This document shows, piece after piece, positions 25,411 to 37,169 of a stretch of 64,000 bases of DNA. Position 1 is the stretch's first letter. Each line of letters starts with the position of its first letter. Made by a program: the position numbers and the translations under genes. Origin of the DNA: Octopus bimaculoides. Taxonomy: Eukaryota. The stretch is from assembly GCF_001194135.2 (NCBI RefSeq), contig NC_068986.1:39580970-39644969 (forward strand), read 5' to 3'. A model generated the notes under the pieces. That model saw nothing but the letters and a program-made list of their open reading frames with translations. It was not told the origin of the DNA and did not search any database.

Positions 25411-26649
25411 ATATTACACATGCTCACATGGTCACCCCACTTTGATCCTGCCTGACTGAACTTCCTACTCTCTTGGACTTCCATTTTAACTACCTTCTCG
25501 AACTTTTGGTACCTCTCCTCATCCACCTAACCATCTCACCACCCAGATTACCATTGGATCTTAGTACTCTTTCGAACTCTACCTTCACAGATCTTACTGG
25601 CTACTTTCATTGATATATATATATATTCTTTTATTCGTTTACTTGTTTCAGTCATTTGACTGTGGCCATGCTGGAACATTGCCTTTAGTTGAACAAATCG
25701 ATCCCAGTACTTATTCTATCGGCCTCTTATGCCAAACAGCTAAGTTACAGGGACATAAACACAACAACATCAGTTATGGTGGTGGTGGTGGGGCAACATA
25801 GACACACAAATACACACACACACATGCATATATATATATATATATATATGACGGGCTTCTTTCAGTTTCCATCTATCAGATCCACTCACAAGGCTTTGGT
25901 TGGCCTGAGGCTATAAGTAGAAGACACTATAGCCCAAAGCTAGAAGGTGCCATGTAGTGGGGCTGAACCCAGAACCATGTGGTTGGGAAGTAAGCTTCTT
26001 ACCACACAGCCACTCCTGCACCTTTATATATATATATATATCAATGAATAAAAGGTTAAACTACCGTCTTTATTTTTATATTTGTCATGCTATATATAGT
26101 GTAGTATGAAGTTTCACATCTAATGAACTAAATGTATGTATATTTGTGGTAATGTGACAATTTTTATTATGCAAGATTTGTAAACCTTTACAAAACTTCT
26201 TGATGTTTACATTCTTTTACAACTCTGTGATGAGTAATCATTAATGTCTTTGACCACTCATAAAAAAAAAATTCACCTCATCCTATTGCAATGATATTTA
26301 AGATGACAATGATGAAATTAAAGTCGATGACAACAACATAATTGAAACTGACAATGACAAAATTGAGTCTAATGATGACTTAATTTGAGGTTGACACTGT
26401 GTGTTTTGACTGTTATTTCCAGCAGGTAGACACACTTTGTATGTCCTTTGATTAAACTTAATCCTTCAGCTATTTAATGCTTTTTGGGCCTGCAATCGTC
26501 TATATTATTGATTCTATTATTATCATTTTTAATTGCTACAGTAAATAATAGTGGAGTCAAAAATATTTTTGCAAATATTTTCTCCTAAATTATTTGCTAT
26601 ATATATAGCAAATAATATATATATCTTCTTTTGTGCCCTTTTAAAGTCT

Positions 26650-26935
26650 AGCCAGGCTCATGGGACTGATTTCCCGGTTTCTATGGCGTATGTGTTTCCC
26701 CCAGCTGGACAGGACGTCAGTCCATCGCAGTGTTACTCAAGAAACAGGAAGAAAGAGTAAGAGAAAGTTGGGGCGAAAGAGTACAACAGGGGTAGCCACC
26801 ACCCCCTGCTGGAGCCTTGTGGAGCTTCAGGTGTTTTCGCTCAATAAACACACACAACGCCTGGTCTGGGAATCGAAACCGCGATCCCCCGGCTGCGAGT
26901 CTGCTGCCTTAACCACTGGGCCATTGCACCTCCAC
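26650..26935 (-). mobile_element. SINE family B head and body with a different 3' half
   Basis: Shares about 190 nt with 2832-3020, then diverges. Confidence 0.75.
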
Positions 26936-28398
26936 ACATATATATATATATACACACACACATATACATATACATACATATATATATACATATTCTTTTA
27001 TTCTTCTACTTGTTTCAGTCATTTGACTGTAATCATGCTGGAGCACCGCCTTTCGTCAAACAAGTTGACCCCGGGACTTATTCTTTGTAGGCCTAGTATT
27101 TCTTCTATCAGTGTCTTTGGCTGAACTGCTAAGTTATTGGGATGTAAATACAACAACATTGGTTGTCAAGCAATGGTGGGGGGACAAACACATATGACAG
27201 GCTTCTTCCAGTTTCCGTCTACCAAATTCACTCACAAGGCTTTGGTTGGCCAGAGGCTGTAATAGAAGACACTTGCCCAAGGTGCCATGCAGTGGGACTG
27301 AACCCAGAACCATGTGTTAGTAAGCAAGCTACTTACCGCACAGTCATGCCTGCACCATATATATATGTAAAGAATAAATTCACTGAGATAGAATGGAAAG
27401 CTGCTGAAGTTGCGTCCAGTAACATTAAATATCTGTGCTGTATATTGGCTACTGACTGGCAAGTTAGGAGATATGAATAGAGAAAAGATCTAAAATCTTT
27501 TCAACAAAAACACACTAAAAAAGCCATCTCCATTAACATGTTCAAATTTAAAATTTAAAATCATATCATGATCTGAAATCTTACTACTTGAAGGATAATA
27601 TTATATTTCAATAGGTGGTGTTTAATTATAAAGTTGAAAGTTAATTATTTCAGTAAGCCTGTCATAATGTTGGATTATTTTGAAAATGTAAACACAAGGC
27701 AGAATATGTTGTTGTTAGAAATATGGTTTCTTTCAATTAAAAAAACAAAGGGTATACAAAACCACATATGACTTCCCTACCAAACCTTGCCCTGGGTTTG
27801 AAATTCACAGCACACGCATGCGCAATTGCACACACACATGCACACACATACATGCAAAATCACACACATTACACACTATAGCAAAGGGTTGTGTATATAG
27901 CATGGGTTTATAATGTCAGTACACAGTAAATATCAGCATTGCAAGTAAATATCAATTGATGATGTTACATGCAAAAGCAAACACATCTGCATAAGCAGAA
28001 TTCGATTCTGCTATAAAACAAACATGCTTGTGATGATATACAATCTCAGGAATTTATATATACACACAGTCCATAAGTGCAGAACAGATATGCACAGCAC
28101 ACTACTGGCTGGCTATAAGCATAATGCACATTTAATACTGCATATTTTGTCAATGACAGGAGAAGTGATTTAAAAGTACAAGTTAATCTGTTTGTTCTGG
28201 ATATAGATCATAGAGACATATTGCTACAATATCTATAGTTCTGTGTCTTTGCATGACCCAATTGGCAATGATTGGAATTATTTCAGCTGTTTTATTTAAA
28301 TACAACCATGAACGATCAAAGTTGCTAGCTATTACTGTAGTTTAAAGCTTAGTTCAAGCCTAGGGAATACATTAATTGAAGCCAGTATGCATCCATAG

Positions 28399-28435
28399 CT
28401 ACAGATGCTGCATGCTGGCTAAGAAAGCCATGAAG
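28399..28435 (-). CDS. CSTPP1: Possible terminal CSTPP1 coding exon
   Basis: aattttttcctttag acceptor, in phase, reading (N)FMAFLASMQHL*. Followed by AATAAA on the minus strand near 28290 and about 0.9 kb of repeat-poor UTR-like sequence. Confidence 0.4.
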
Positions 28436-28585
28436 CTAAAGGAAAAAATTTGGGCTCAGAGTGATTATTTTTATAGTTAAATGATTTAATATCCTTCCTG
28501 TTGTCAATGATGCCTTACTCAAGGGGCACAATGCAATCTTAGCAAAAGTGGTAATGTTTGAAATGATGACTTGTTCACAACTCAC

Positions 28586-28690
28586 TTGGCTTTTCTCCTC
28601 TTTGGTTTGGCCTGGAGCAGTCTTGGGTTAACTGCAACCTGTGGGACTTTTGAAAAATTACCTTGAATTATTTTGGTAGTGTGGCTCCAC
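28586..28690 (-). CDS. CSTPP1: Probable penultimate CSTPP1 exon
   Basis: catcag acceptor and AA|gtgagt donor. Only the phase-2 frame is open (WSHTTKIIQGNFSKVPQVAVNPRLLQAKPKRRKA), compatible with the upstream exon. No homology recognised in this region. Confidence 0.5.
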
Positions 28691-28838
28691 CTGATGATGA
28701 GTTATGTCTCATGCAGCCTGCTTTTTGAGAATCATTGCTTATGCATGGTTTAGAGAAAGGAGCTGTTCTTATGGCCACTGTAGGCCCTCCAAAACCAGTA
28801 AAATTGTTATTATGCATATTGGTTCCTAGTTTCATGAA

Positions 28839-28890
28839 TGAGGAATTATGTACATTATTTACATAATTTACATTTGACGATATTTGTCCT
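28839..28890 (-). mobile_element. Inverted tail fragment of the variant-2 hammerhead element
   Basis: Reverse complement gacaaagatgaggacaaatatcgtcaaatgtaaattatgtaaataatgtacataattcctca shares diagnostic variants with 30084-30145. Confidence 0.7.
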
Positions 28891-29802
28891 CATCTTTGTC
28901 AACAAATTCTCCATTAGCATTAAAATATATGGACTTCCTAAACCACATTCCAGAGAGAGTAAAGACAGAGACAATTCTAATTAGTTTCAATGTGATCAGC
29001 CTCTACACAAACATCTCCCAAATATTCTACTGAAAGCAGTAGAATTTTGGACAGACAAATACCCTCACAGAATTCAAGAAATATTCCCAAAAGAATTTAT
29101 ACTGAAAGAATTGTGATTGGTGCCAGTAAACAACTACTTCTTTGATAACCAATAATACCTTCAAATAAAAGATATGGCAATGGTCATAAAAGTTGCTCTC
29201 ATATTTGCAACACTAGTGATAGGATTCCTTGAAGAAAAAAAAGATCTATGCCTGGTCTGGAATTACTTTTGATCAGCATTTCCAATCCTATTTAAAAGAA
29301 AATTGGAAAAGATTCCCAGAAGACTACTTCATATTTAAGAATAGAAGGAAGACTTTACAAGACTTACTGAAATTGATAAATAGCATTCATGAATCAATCC
29401 AATTCACAAGGAAATTAAATGAAAAGGAATGTTCTTTTTTGGATATTTTGGTAATTAAGGAAAATGAAACTTTTACAGTCAACCTCTTCTACAAGGACAC
29501 AGGTATACACCAACATTTAGATTTTAAATATTGTCACCCATTAAAAAGAATATCCCATTTAATGCAAGGTGTATAGTTCAATAGTTACAAACACAAACAA
29601 ATGAAAGAGATGACTGGCAGAACTAAATATATTCTTTCAGAAACAAAAATACCTACAAAACTTTGCAAATTAAGCCATAACAAAAACAAAAGAGATCACA
29701 ATCTCTCTCTTACAGTGAAACTCTTACAATGAGGAGGAGGATGACAAAACATAAATATTCCATTTGTAGTCATTCATAATCCTAGTAAACATTACGTCTT
29801 AT

Positions 29803-30034
29803 ACATTATTTACATTTGACGGATATTTGTCCTCATCTTGTTTGTTGTTAACACAATGTTTCAGCTGATATACCCTCCAGCCTTCATCAGGTGTCTTGGG
29901 GAAATTTTGAACCTGGGTTCTCATTCCTAAGGTGTTTATTATTATTATTATTATTATTCAGGTCACTGCCTGGAATCGAACTCGGAATCTTGGGATTAGT
30001 AGCCTGTGCTCTTAACCACTACACCATATGCCCC
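29803..30034 (-). mobile_element. tRNA-headed SINE-like element with hammerhead (second copy)
   Basis: Reverse complement reads ggggcatatggtgtagtggttaag...gagttcgattcc...(AAT)n...gacacCTGATGAAGGCTG...CAGCTGAAACATTGTGTT...; the tail is truncated. Confidence 0.8.
29850..29895 (-). ncRNA. Minimal type I hammerhead ribozyme motif
   Basis: GACAC CTGATGA A GGCTG gagggtatat CAGCT GAA ACAT T GTGTT. Stem I GACAC/GTGTT, with CpG-decay-type changes relative to the consensus. Confidence 0.75.
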
Positions 30035-30035
30035 A

Positions 30036-30163
30036 AGAGACCTGATGAAGGCTGGAGGGTATATCAGCTGAAACGTGTTAATGACAAAGATGAGGACAAA
30101 TATCGTCAAATGCAAATAATGTAAATAATGTAAACAATTCCTCATCTCTTAAATATAGAACTG
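30036..30163 (+). mobile_element. Hammerhead-plus-tail segment (variant 2), inverted against the preceding element
   Basis: gagacCTGATGAAGGCTGGAGGGTATATCAGCTGAAACGTG followed by the full tail to aaatatagaactg. Joined to the head of the minus copy at a cccc microhomology. Confidence 0.75.
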
Positions 30164-31372
30164 TATAATGTCTTATGTTTGGCCAAATGATACCCGCCAA
30201 TTCTACACTGTTGAAAACTCTCCTCAAAATAATTAAAGAATCACAAATTATTACCAGCCAAAGACAACTACCAAATCTTAAAAAGACTCTTAACAAAGGC
30301 AAAATTTACAGCAGAAGGAGAAATAATGCAGCTAACAAGATGTGGAGACCTTCATTGTAGGATGTGTGAATTAACCGAACAGAGCAAAAGCAAAATATAT
30401 AAGAATGGGGAGGAATTAAAAGGTTAATGCAAATATGAATTGCAAAACAAAAGATCTCATTTACTGCTCCACATGGCCACAATGCAGTGAAAATTCCATC
30501 AGCTAAACAGGATCAAAATCAATAGATCATGTTAGGATACATAAGCAAGAAATCAAAGAATTGTTTTATGTAGTGAGCTTCTAGACGGTTGTGAAAATGG
30601 AAATTTCAAAATATTTCCTTCATTTTTTTTTTTTCAAAATAAAAGAAAATAATCAACTACAAAAAGCAAACGAAGAATATTTTATAAGAATTCTGAAATG
30701 GAAACTAAACCAGGAATAGTCAACACTACTAAATCCACCTATTTCTATACATGTTACCTTATAACATGTATTTGAAAAGCTGAAAAAGTGAAAGGCATTT
30801 ACACAACATGGAAACTTCTTTCATAGGCTTGTGTCATTCTGTTTTCTTTCAATGATTTTTTTTTTTAATGTTAGTAATTTTTACTGTAAGGAAATCTTTC
30901 TCCAAACATGTGTGTATGTGTGTGTGTGTCTACCTTTGTGCTTCCCAGAAATTTGCTGAGCTACAAGCAATGACATTGCTGTCATTTCCCTTGTCAACAA
31001 ATTCTCTATTAGCATTAAAGATGTGTGGACAATGCCTTACTTGAATAACAGGTAAGTGTTAGTGACATGAAGAGTATCTGTCTGCAAAACAATGTCTTAC
31101 AAATATATTCATCTAACCCATAGTAGCATAGGAAAAAAAACATGTAAAATCAAGCAAACTACACACTAGTTTTAATCGATTTTATCGATTTAAATTTCCT
31201 TTCTATTTGAAAATTAGTTATGAAACACGTATAGTCATTTTATTATCTTTATCTTATGATGTTTACTTTGTATTATATTATACTCATTTATTGTGCTTTT
31301 AATTATTAATTTTTCTATATGTGACAGTTGATTTTCATCCATGAGTTCATGAACCTTGATTCTTTTCCCTAA

Positions 31373-31409
<37 letters not shown>

Positions 31410-31708
31410 ATGGACTCTCCTGTCGAAGATGATGTATGAGTGTTCAGCCTTTTGCTGAATGACCTGCACAAATGATTTGTTTATAGTGATCAAGTGTCCA
31501 TGCCACACATTAGCTCACTCTCTCCATCAAATCAACGTTGTCTGAACAGGTGTACAGTGTACCATGCATCTGTGTCGAAGTGATTGTGGAGTGACATGAA
31601 ATGAAGTGTTTTGCTCAAGAACACAATGCACCACCCAGTGTAGGAATTGAAACCACGATCTCATGATCATGAGTCCAACACCCTAACCACTAGGCCATGC
31701 ACCCTCAC

Positions 31709-31748
<40 letters not shown>

Positions 31749-31782
31749 NNNNNNNNNNNNNNNNNNNNNNNNNNNNNNNNNN

Positions 31783-31835
<53 letters not shown>

Positions 31836-31851
31836 CATACACACATACATA

Positions 31852-32072
31852 CAAGGGGGTGCTGAAAAATTCCTGGCTTTAAGGGTATCATGAAAGGCCT
31901 GGTTGAAAACTCAACCTTCTGAGTTCCTTAACAAGGCTTAGAAAAACTAAAGGACTGCTGCAATAAGTGTGTGAATCTGAGAAGGGAAAGATGTAGAATA
32001 AAATAATTATAATTAACTGATTCTCCTGTATTTTCTTGTACCCAAAATCATGAACTTTTCAGCATACCCTCG
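31852..32072. mobile_element. Mariner-type MITE (same family, opposite orientation)
   Basis: TA on both sides, TIRs caagggggtgctgaaaaattc / gaacttttcagcataccctcg. Confidence 0.82.
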
Positions 32073-33575
32073 TATGTGTGTGTTTATCTTTATGACAAAT
32101 ATATTCGGAATTAATTAAGCAAGTATACTTCCATTCTAAAAAAAAAAAAGGCCTTGTGCTTCGTCAAAAGAAAGTTTAATTATTAAAACACAAACCTGAG
32201 TAATGCAAGAACCAATGTCTTAAATATCAGAAGTTGAGATAGAAAAGATGAGTTGTTCCGTTAAGTATTCTGCCAGCTTAGCTAATCTAGTGCTTAAATA
32301 CAGTATAGAGTTTAAACAAAATGTAGCATATGATATCCTTTTGATAAATGATCTTGTTGTACAAGTAAATTGGGTGTGACTTGCTTTTAGTAGCCAATTT
32401 ACATTTCATATGTCTGCTATATAATATAAAGTGACATTAATAGTTTTTCTCAGCTAATTTAGACAGTGGGTTTACAATATTTCTACAGACCTGGTACTTG
32501 CTAAAAGATAACCTGTGTTGGCCATGTTTAAACCATTTCATAGTGTGTGTCTCTAGTTTCATTGTATTGTCTAGATTTAACTGGTGGGGGGAAAAAGGGT
32601 TTCTTTTTCTTGTTGTTATTTTTTGTCAATGGATGGATACCCTTTTGTTATCAAATACAAGAAGATAAAAGCTAGAGGTATGCTTGTTGTGATACACTTG
32701 TGATATGATTTGTAGTGCAGCTCAGTGCAGTGAAATTAATACTTGAGATGTGATTAATTGCAAAAGAAAAACAGTGGAACACCATAAAAAAAAGAACAAA
32801 AAAGCAGACAATTATACAATTATCCAGTTCAGTGAAGGCTGAGGTTTAACAGTATCAAGAGACAATGGGGAGAATGACTTACAATATTTAGTTACAGTTC
32901 TTTGTATTCTAAGTTCAAGAAATACTGAAGTTGATTTTGCTTTTCTTATTTATGTTGATAAAAGAAGTAATTGGTCAAATTCTGGAACTGATATAATTAA
33001 AAATACCCCAATCCTTCAAAATTTGTTACTTTGTGTCTATGTTAGAAATCATTATTTAGTTCACCTAATTTTAAATTTCTAAATCAAGCCATACTGGGGT
33101 TGACTTTACTTTTAATTGTCTTGAAGTTGTAAACCCTTAGAGAGTTCTGTAAGGGTTCTAGATAGAGGTTACCACCAAAGAAGTGGTCTTCATATAATGA
33201 TGCTAAGAAAAATTACTCTGGAATGGCTTTCCAGTTGCCTTCCTTAGGTCCACAAGAGATGAACTCAATACTGCAAGTGGACAGATCACTTGGTCAATTT
33301 TTTTCTGTGCTGGGTACCCTACTTAGAACTAGGTGATCTGGGCCATTTCAGAGTTAAATGTCTAGTTTACATACACTGTAATGTTGATTATAGTATAAGA
33401 ATCTAAAACCTCTTGGCTGGTTATTCACTATTTTATCCTTTCATCCAACCATACTCTTGAAGTTACAAAATGCATCAATAATACAGTGAGGTTAAACCAA
33501 TGATATTTCTATCTCTTAAAAAAAAGGAACGAGTACCTAAAAAAAAAAATCATAATTTATATAGAAAATTATATA

Positions 33576-33968
33576 GGTGCAGGAGTGGCTGTGTGGTAAG
33601 TAGCTTGCTTACCAACCACATGGTTCTGGGTTCAGTCCCACTGTGTGGCACCTTGGGCAAGTGTCTTCTACTCTAGCCTCGGGCCGACCAAAGCTTTGTG
33701 AGTGGATTTGGTAGACGGAAACTGAAAGAAGCCCATCGTATATATGTATATATATATGTGTATATGTTTGTGTGTCTGTGTTTGTCCCCCAACATCGCTT
33801 GACAACCGATGCTGGTGTGTTTACGTCCCCGTAACTTAGCGGTTCGGCAAAAGAGACCGATAGAATAAGTACTAGACTTAAAAGAATAACTCCTGGGGTC
33901 GATTTGCTCGACTAAAGGCGGTGCTCCAGCATGGCCGCAGTCAAATGACTGAAACAAGTAAAGAGTAA
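33576..33968 (+). mobile_element. Young full-length SINE (family A)
   Basis: ggtgcaggagtggctgtgtggtaag head, gggttcagtccc B-box-like motif, central (TA/TG)n, 3' ...gactgaaacaagtaaagag; CpG-rich. Confidence 0.88.
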
Positions 33969-34334
33969 ATACTTAAATTTACCTTCACTCTTTAATTGCT
34001 CTTATTGATGAGAATAATTCAATTAAATTTTGTGATTTACGACAGTGTATTTTTAGTTTTTTTCCTACACCACATGAAATCTGAAGCTGGTAAAAAAAGA
34101 CTCTGTTGGACAATTTTTTTTTGTTAATGAGTGACTGCAGATGGTTCTGCCTAAAGAAACCCATTAAACTGAGGCAGACATCAATCTTGTTGGGAATAAT
34201 AGACTGATACACGGTTCAGTTACATAGGATGTAGTAATATAAAATTCATCTATGCAGTCTATCAATATGTCAGATGATGAACACACACATTAAGCAGTTT
34301 GCTGTTCTGCTTGTTTGAAGGTTCTGATTAACAG

Positions 34335-34403
34335 GATGGACTACAGTTTGTGTATCATGGGCTTTTGATTCCTGAGTATCCATTAAAAGAACTTGGCAAC
34401 TCA
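34335..34403 (+). CDS. Weak candidate exon antisense to a CSTPP1 intron
   Basis: ttaacag acceptor and TCA|gtatga donor. Reads DGLQFVYHGLLIPEYPLKELGNS. Confidence 0.22.
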
Positions 34404-34961
34404 GTATGAATGCTGGTGTAAATTGACATTGTGGTTATATTGTGGTTATGTTTGAATCATATGCTTGCCTGAATCATGTGCATAGGAATATAAAATTAGA
34501 ATTATGTTGTATTAGTGTTTATAAATGGTTTGGATGTGTATATGTAGAGGTTATATAGATTGGAATATATATTGTGGTCATGGATCACGAACCTTTCAAG
34601 ATGGTCTTTGGTCTAAAATATCTTATTTCACTGAACTGATATGAACATATGTATGTAGTTTGTCATTATGTCAAATGATTAACATGACCTTTAAAGGAGC
34701 TGATGTTTACAGTTTATAAAATGGTGACCTCTTATCTCAGTTTTGATCAAAATATTGTGCCAATGGTATTTAATTATTTATTGCTTTTGATAACAATGTA
34801 TTTTGTGTGAAATGATTTCTAGAATTCCTACTAAAGAATGGCTAAAGATTTATCCAAATGAATTTTCCCCCCCAAATCTTATGCATTGTAAAATCATACA
34901 ACATCAGTATATTAACATGTGATACGAGTAGAAACAAACTGTAAAGCCTATAAATACTTAC

Positions 34962-35016
34962 AAGGAATTACATGTATCATTATTTTCAAATACTTTCAAT
35001 CTGCTTGGCAAGATCC
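34962..35016 (-). CDS. CSTPP1: Next CSTPP1 coding exon (55 nt)
   Basis: ctgatttattttttacaatttccag acceptor and TT|gtaagt donor. The phase-1 join gives NNSL-GILPSR..., matching recalled human NQALGALPDK. Encodes GILPSRLKVFENNDTCNS. Confidence 0.7.
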
Positions 35017-35393
35017 CTGGAAATTGTAAAAAATAAATCAGTGAGGCAAGATATCTAGGAAGACACATTAACATCATGTTAACATTCTTCAGTACAGATA
35101 AAGGCAGCTGTTCAGCACCTAGATGACAGCATTTATTCATTCATTATTTTCATGTGTATAAATGAAAATGCTAACATATTCAGGTGCTGTAGTTGTTGCT
35201 GCTTAGTGTTACGGTTAGAAAAAATTTTTGTATGCTCATGTAAACTGTTTAACATTAACCCTTACTGAATGGGAACTGAATATACAAGGTTCCATGCATG
35301 AGAGGCAGGAACCAAGTTAATTTGTTTTGGATCAAAAAACATGTTTTAGTAATATTTGTGTAATTAACTTGTAGATGTAAATTTTAATTAATA

Positions 35394-36490
35394 CTAGCAG
35401 AAATACTCGGCTTTGCCCGGGTTAAAGAGAATAATGAAATTTAAAAACGCCGTCTAGACTACGCAACCCTCAACTGTTAGTAGCTATGATACCATATTTC
35501 TACATTAATAACTCTCCAATCCATGCCAGCATGGAACATAGACATTAAGTGGAATGCCAGTCTCTCATCTAGGAGGGCCTTGAAATCAATGTTACCAACT
35601 GGGGACTATGTGTGTCGCAGTGATAATAAAAAGACCCAAAGGAGGTCTGCAACGAAATAATTTTACTCAACACTTTGCAAGTGAATCAGTGGAGGCAAAG
35701 ATGCGTCTCATTTACTTGACAATTTATGCACCACATTACAGAAANNNNNNNNNNNNNNNNNNNNNNNNNNNNNNNNNNNNNNNNNNNNNNNNNNNNNNNN
35801 NNNNNNNNNNNNNNNNNNNNNNNNNNNNNNNNNNNNNNNNNNNNNNNNNNNNNNNNNNNNNNNNNNNNNNNNNNNNNNNNNNNNNNNNNNNNNNNNNNNN
35901 NNNNNNNNNNNNNNNNNNNNNNNNNNNNNNNNNNNNNNNNNNNNNNNNNNNNNNNNNNNNNNNNNNNNNNNNNNNNNNNNNNNNNNNNNNNNNNNNNNNN
36001 NNNNNNNNNNNNNNNNNNNNNNNNNNNNNNNNNNNNNNNNNNNNNNNNNNNNNNNNNNNNNNNNNNNNNNNNNNNNNNNNNNNNNNNNNNNNNNNNNNNN
36101 NNNNNNNNNNNNNNNNNNNNNNNNNNNNNNNNNNNNNNNNTCTCTCTCTCTCTTTCTCTCTCTCTCTGAAAGTATCTGTCATTACAGTATCGAAATGTGA
36201 TTGTTTCAGTTAGTAGAATAGTTTCATTTTTAAAGTGAAAGTATTTGACATGAGTGTTTTTGTTTCACTTTTGACACGTAATACTTAAATAGTGGAGGAG
36301 ATATTATGTTGCGGTGGGCTCGAACTCTGTAAGAAGTTAACATTTTTTTTGACTAAAACACAACTGGAACCCTAAGTAAGGCATGTGTAAAATTTGAATG
36401 AAATTGGTTGCGTAGTTCTCGAGTTTTAGGGATTCACACAGACAGACAGACAGACAGACAGACACACATTCTCATTTTTATATATATAGA
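35394..36490 (-). mobile_element. Non-autonomous Helitron
   Basis: Minus strand starts A|TC at 36490 and ends with the hairpin cccgggcaaagccgag then CTAG|T at 35394; (GACA)n near the 5' end; spans a gap. Confidence 0.8.
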
Positions 36491-36582
36491 TAACAAATGT
36501 ATTCAGTCTCTGCAATCAGTACACCAAAATTTAATCAGCACAGTGATGATTAATGATGCTCACATTTTCCTGTTTTTGTTAG

Positions 36583-36738
36583 AAGGGCAGAGGGCCATCT
36601 CCTACACTTTTCAGGGCTTCCAAGACTGGTGAGAAGGAACTGTCCTTAGACCAGGAACCTGACTTAAATGCTTCCAACAAAATGGAACCTGTTAATGGTC
36701 TTATCAGGGAAAGAAAACTAATACAAACACCGGAATAG
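36583..36738 (+). CDS. Candidate terminal (or internal, donor after 36628) exon antisense to a CSTPP1 intron
   Basis: Strong acceptor cattttcctgtttttgttag and 51 open codons (KGRGPSPTLFRASKTGEKELSLDQEPD...QTPE*). Internal CTG|gtgaga donor; AATAAA near 36843. Confidence 0.3.
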   Translation, partial: KGRGPSPTLFRASKTGEKELSLDQEPDLNASNKMEPVNGLIRERKLIQTPE

Positions 36739-37169
36739 CTTTTAGTTATATTAATATGGTCTTCAGTTGAAAAAAATCCCTAAAAAATTGCCCTGTTATC
36801 AAAATTTTATATAGACCTAACATTTTGCTTTTGAATAATGAAAATAAATATAAAAGTAAGAAAAATACAACAGACTGTGTACAGAAGTACAGAAATGGAA
36901 ATATATATTTTTAAAAATAATTTTCATGAAAATAATAACTCAATTGGTCGTTTCATTTTTTAAAGATATACAAAAACAGATGAAATACACACACACACAC
37001 ATGAGTGTGTGTGTACAAATAGATGTATATTTATACATATACATATGTATGTATGTATGTATTTTAGCCTACACTTTTGCAACTTACCCAACCACTCAAC
37101 ATCATCATCTTGCTCTCTCTCTCTCTCTTGCATCCGTCCCCTTGATGTTTTACTGAATCAAGAGTAGGA

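Larger units (their letters stand above)
28891..30719 (+). mobile_element. Degenerate Penelope-like retroelement (RT + GIY-YIG), interrupted at 29803-30167
   Basis: Frameshifted remnants: SLYTNI, YLQIKDMAM (for KGxAMG), NSIHESIQFT, FLDIL, LDFKYCHP, SQRQLPNL, NMNCKTKDLIYC, RIHKQ, EEYFIRIL..KLN*. These match the PLE RT and GIY-YIG motif order. Confidence 0.85.

Noticed and set aside
27384-27455. Minus-strand 72-nt exon candidate
   Set aside because: Two frames are open, neither is in phase with the upstream exon, and it is indistinguishable from chance.
30775-30830. The PLE's own hammerhead (ctgaaaaagtg...ggaaac)
   Set aside because: The core and stems are too degenerate to support.
34962-35054. 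Longer version of the 35-kb exon (YLASLIYFLQFP...)
   Set aside because: The extra part is better read as the branch point and pyrimidine tract of the 35016 acceptor.
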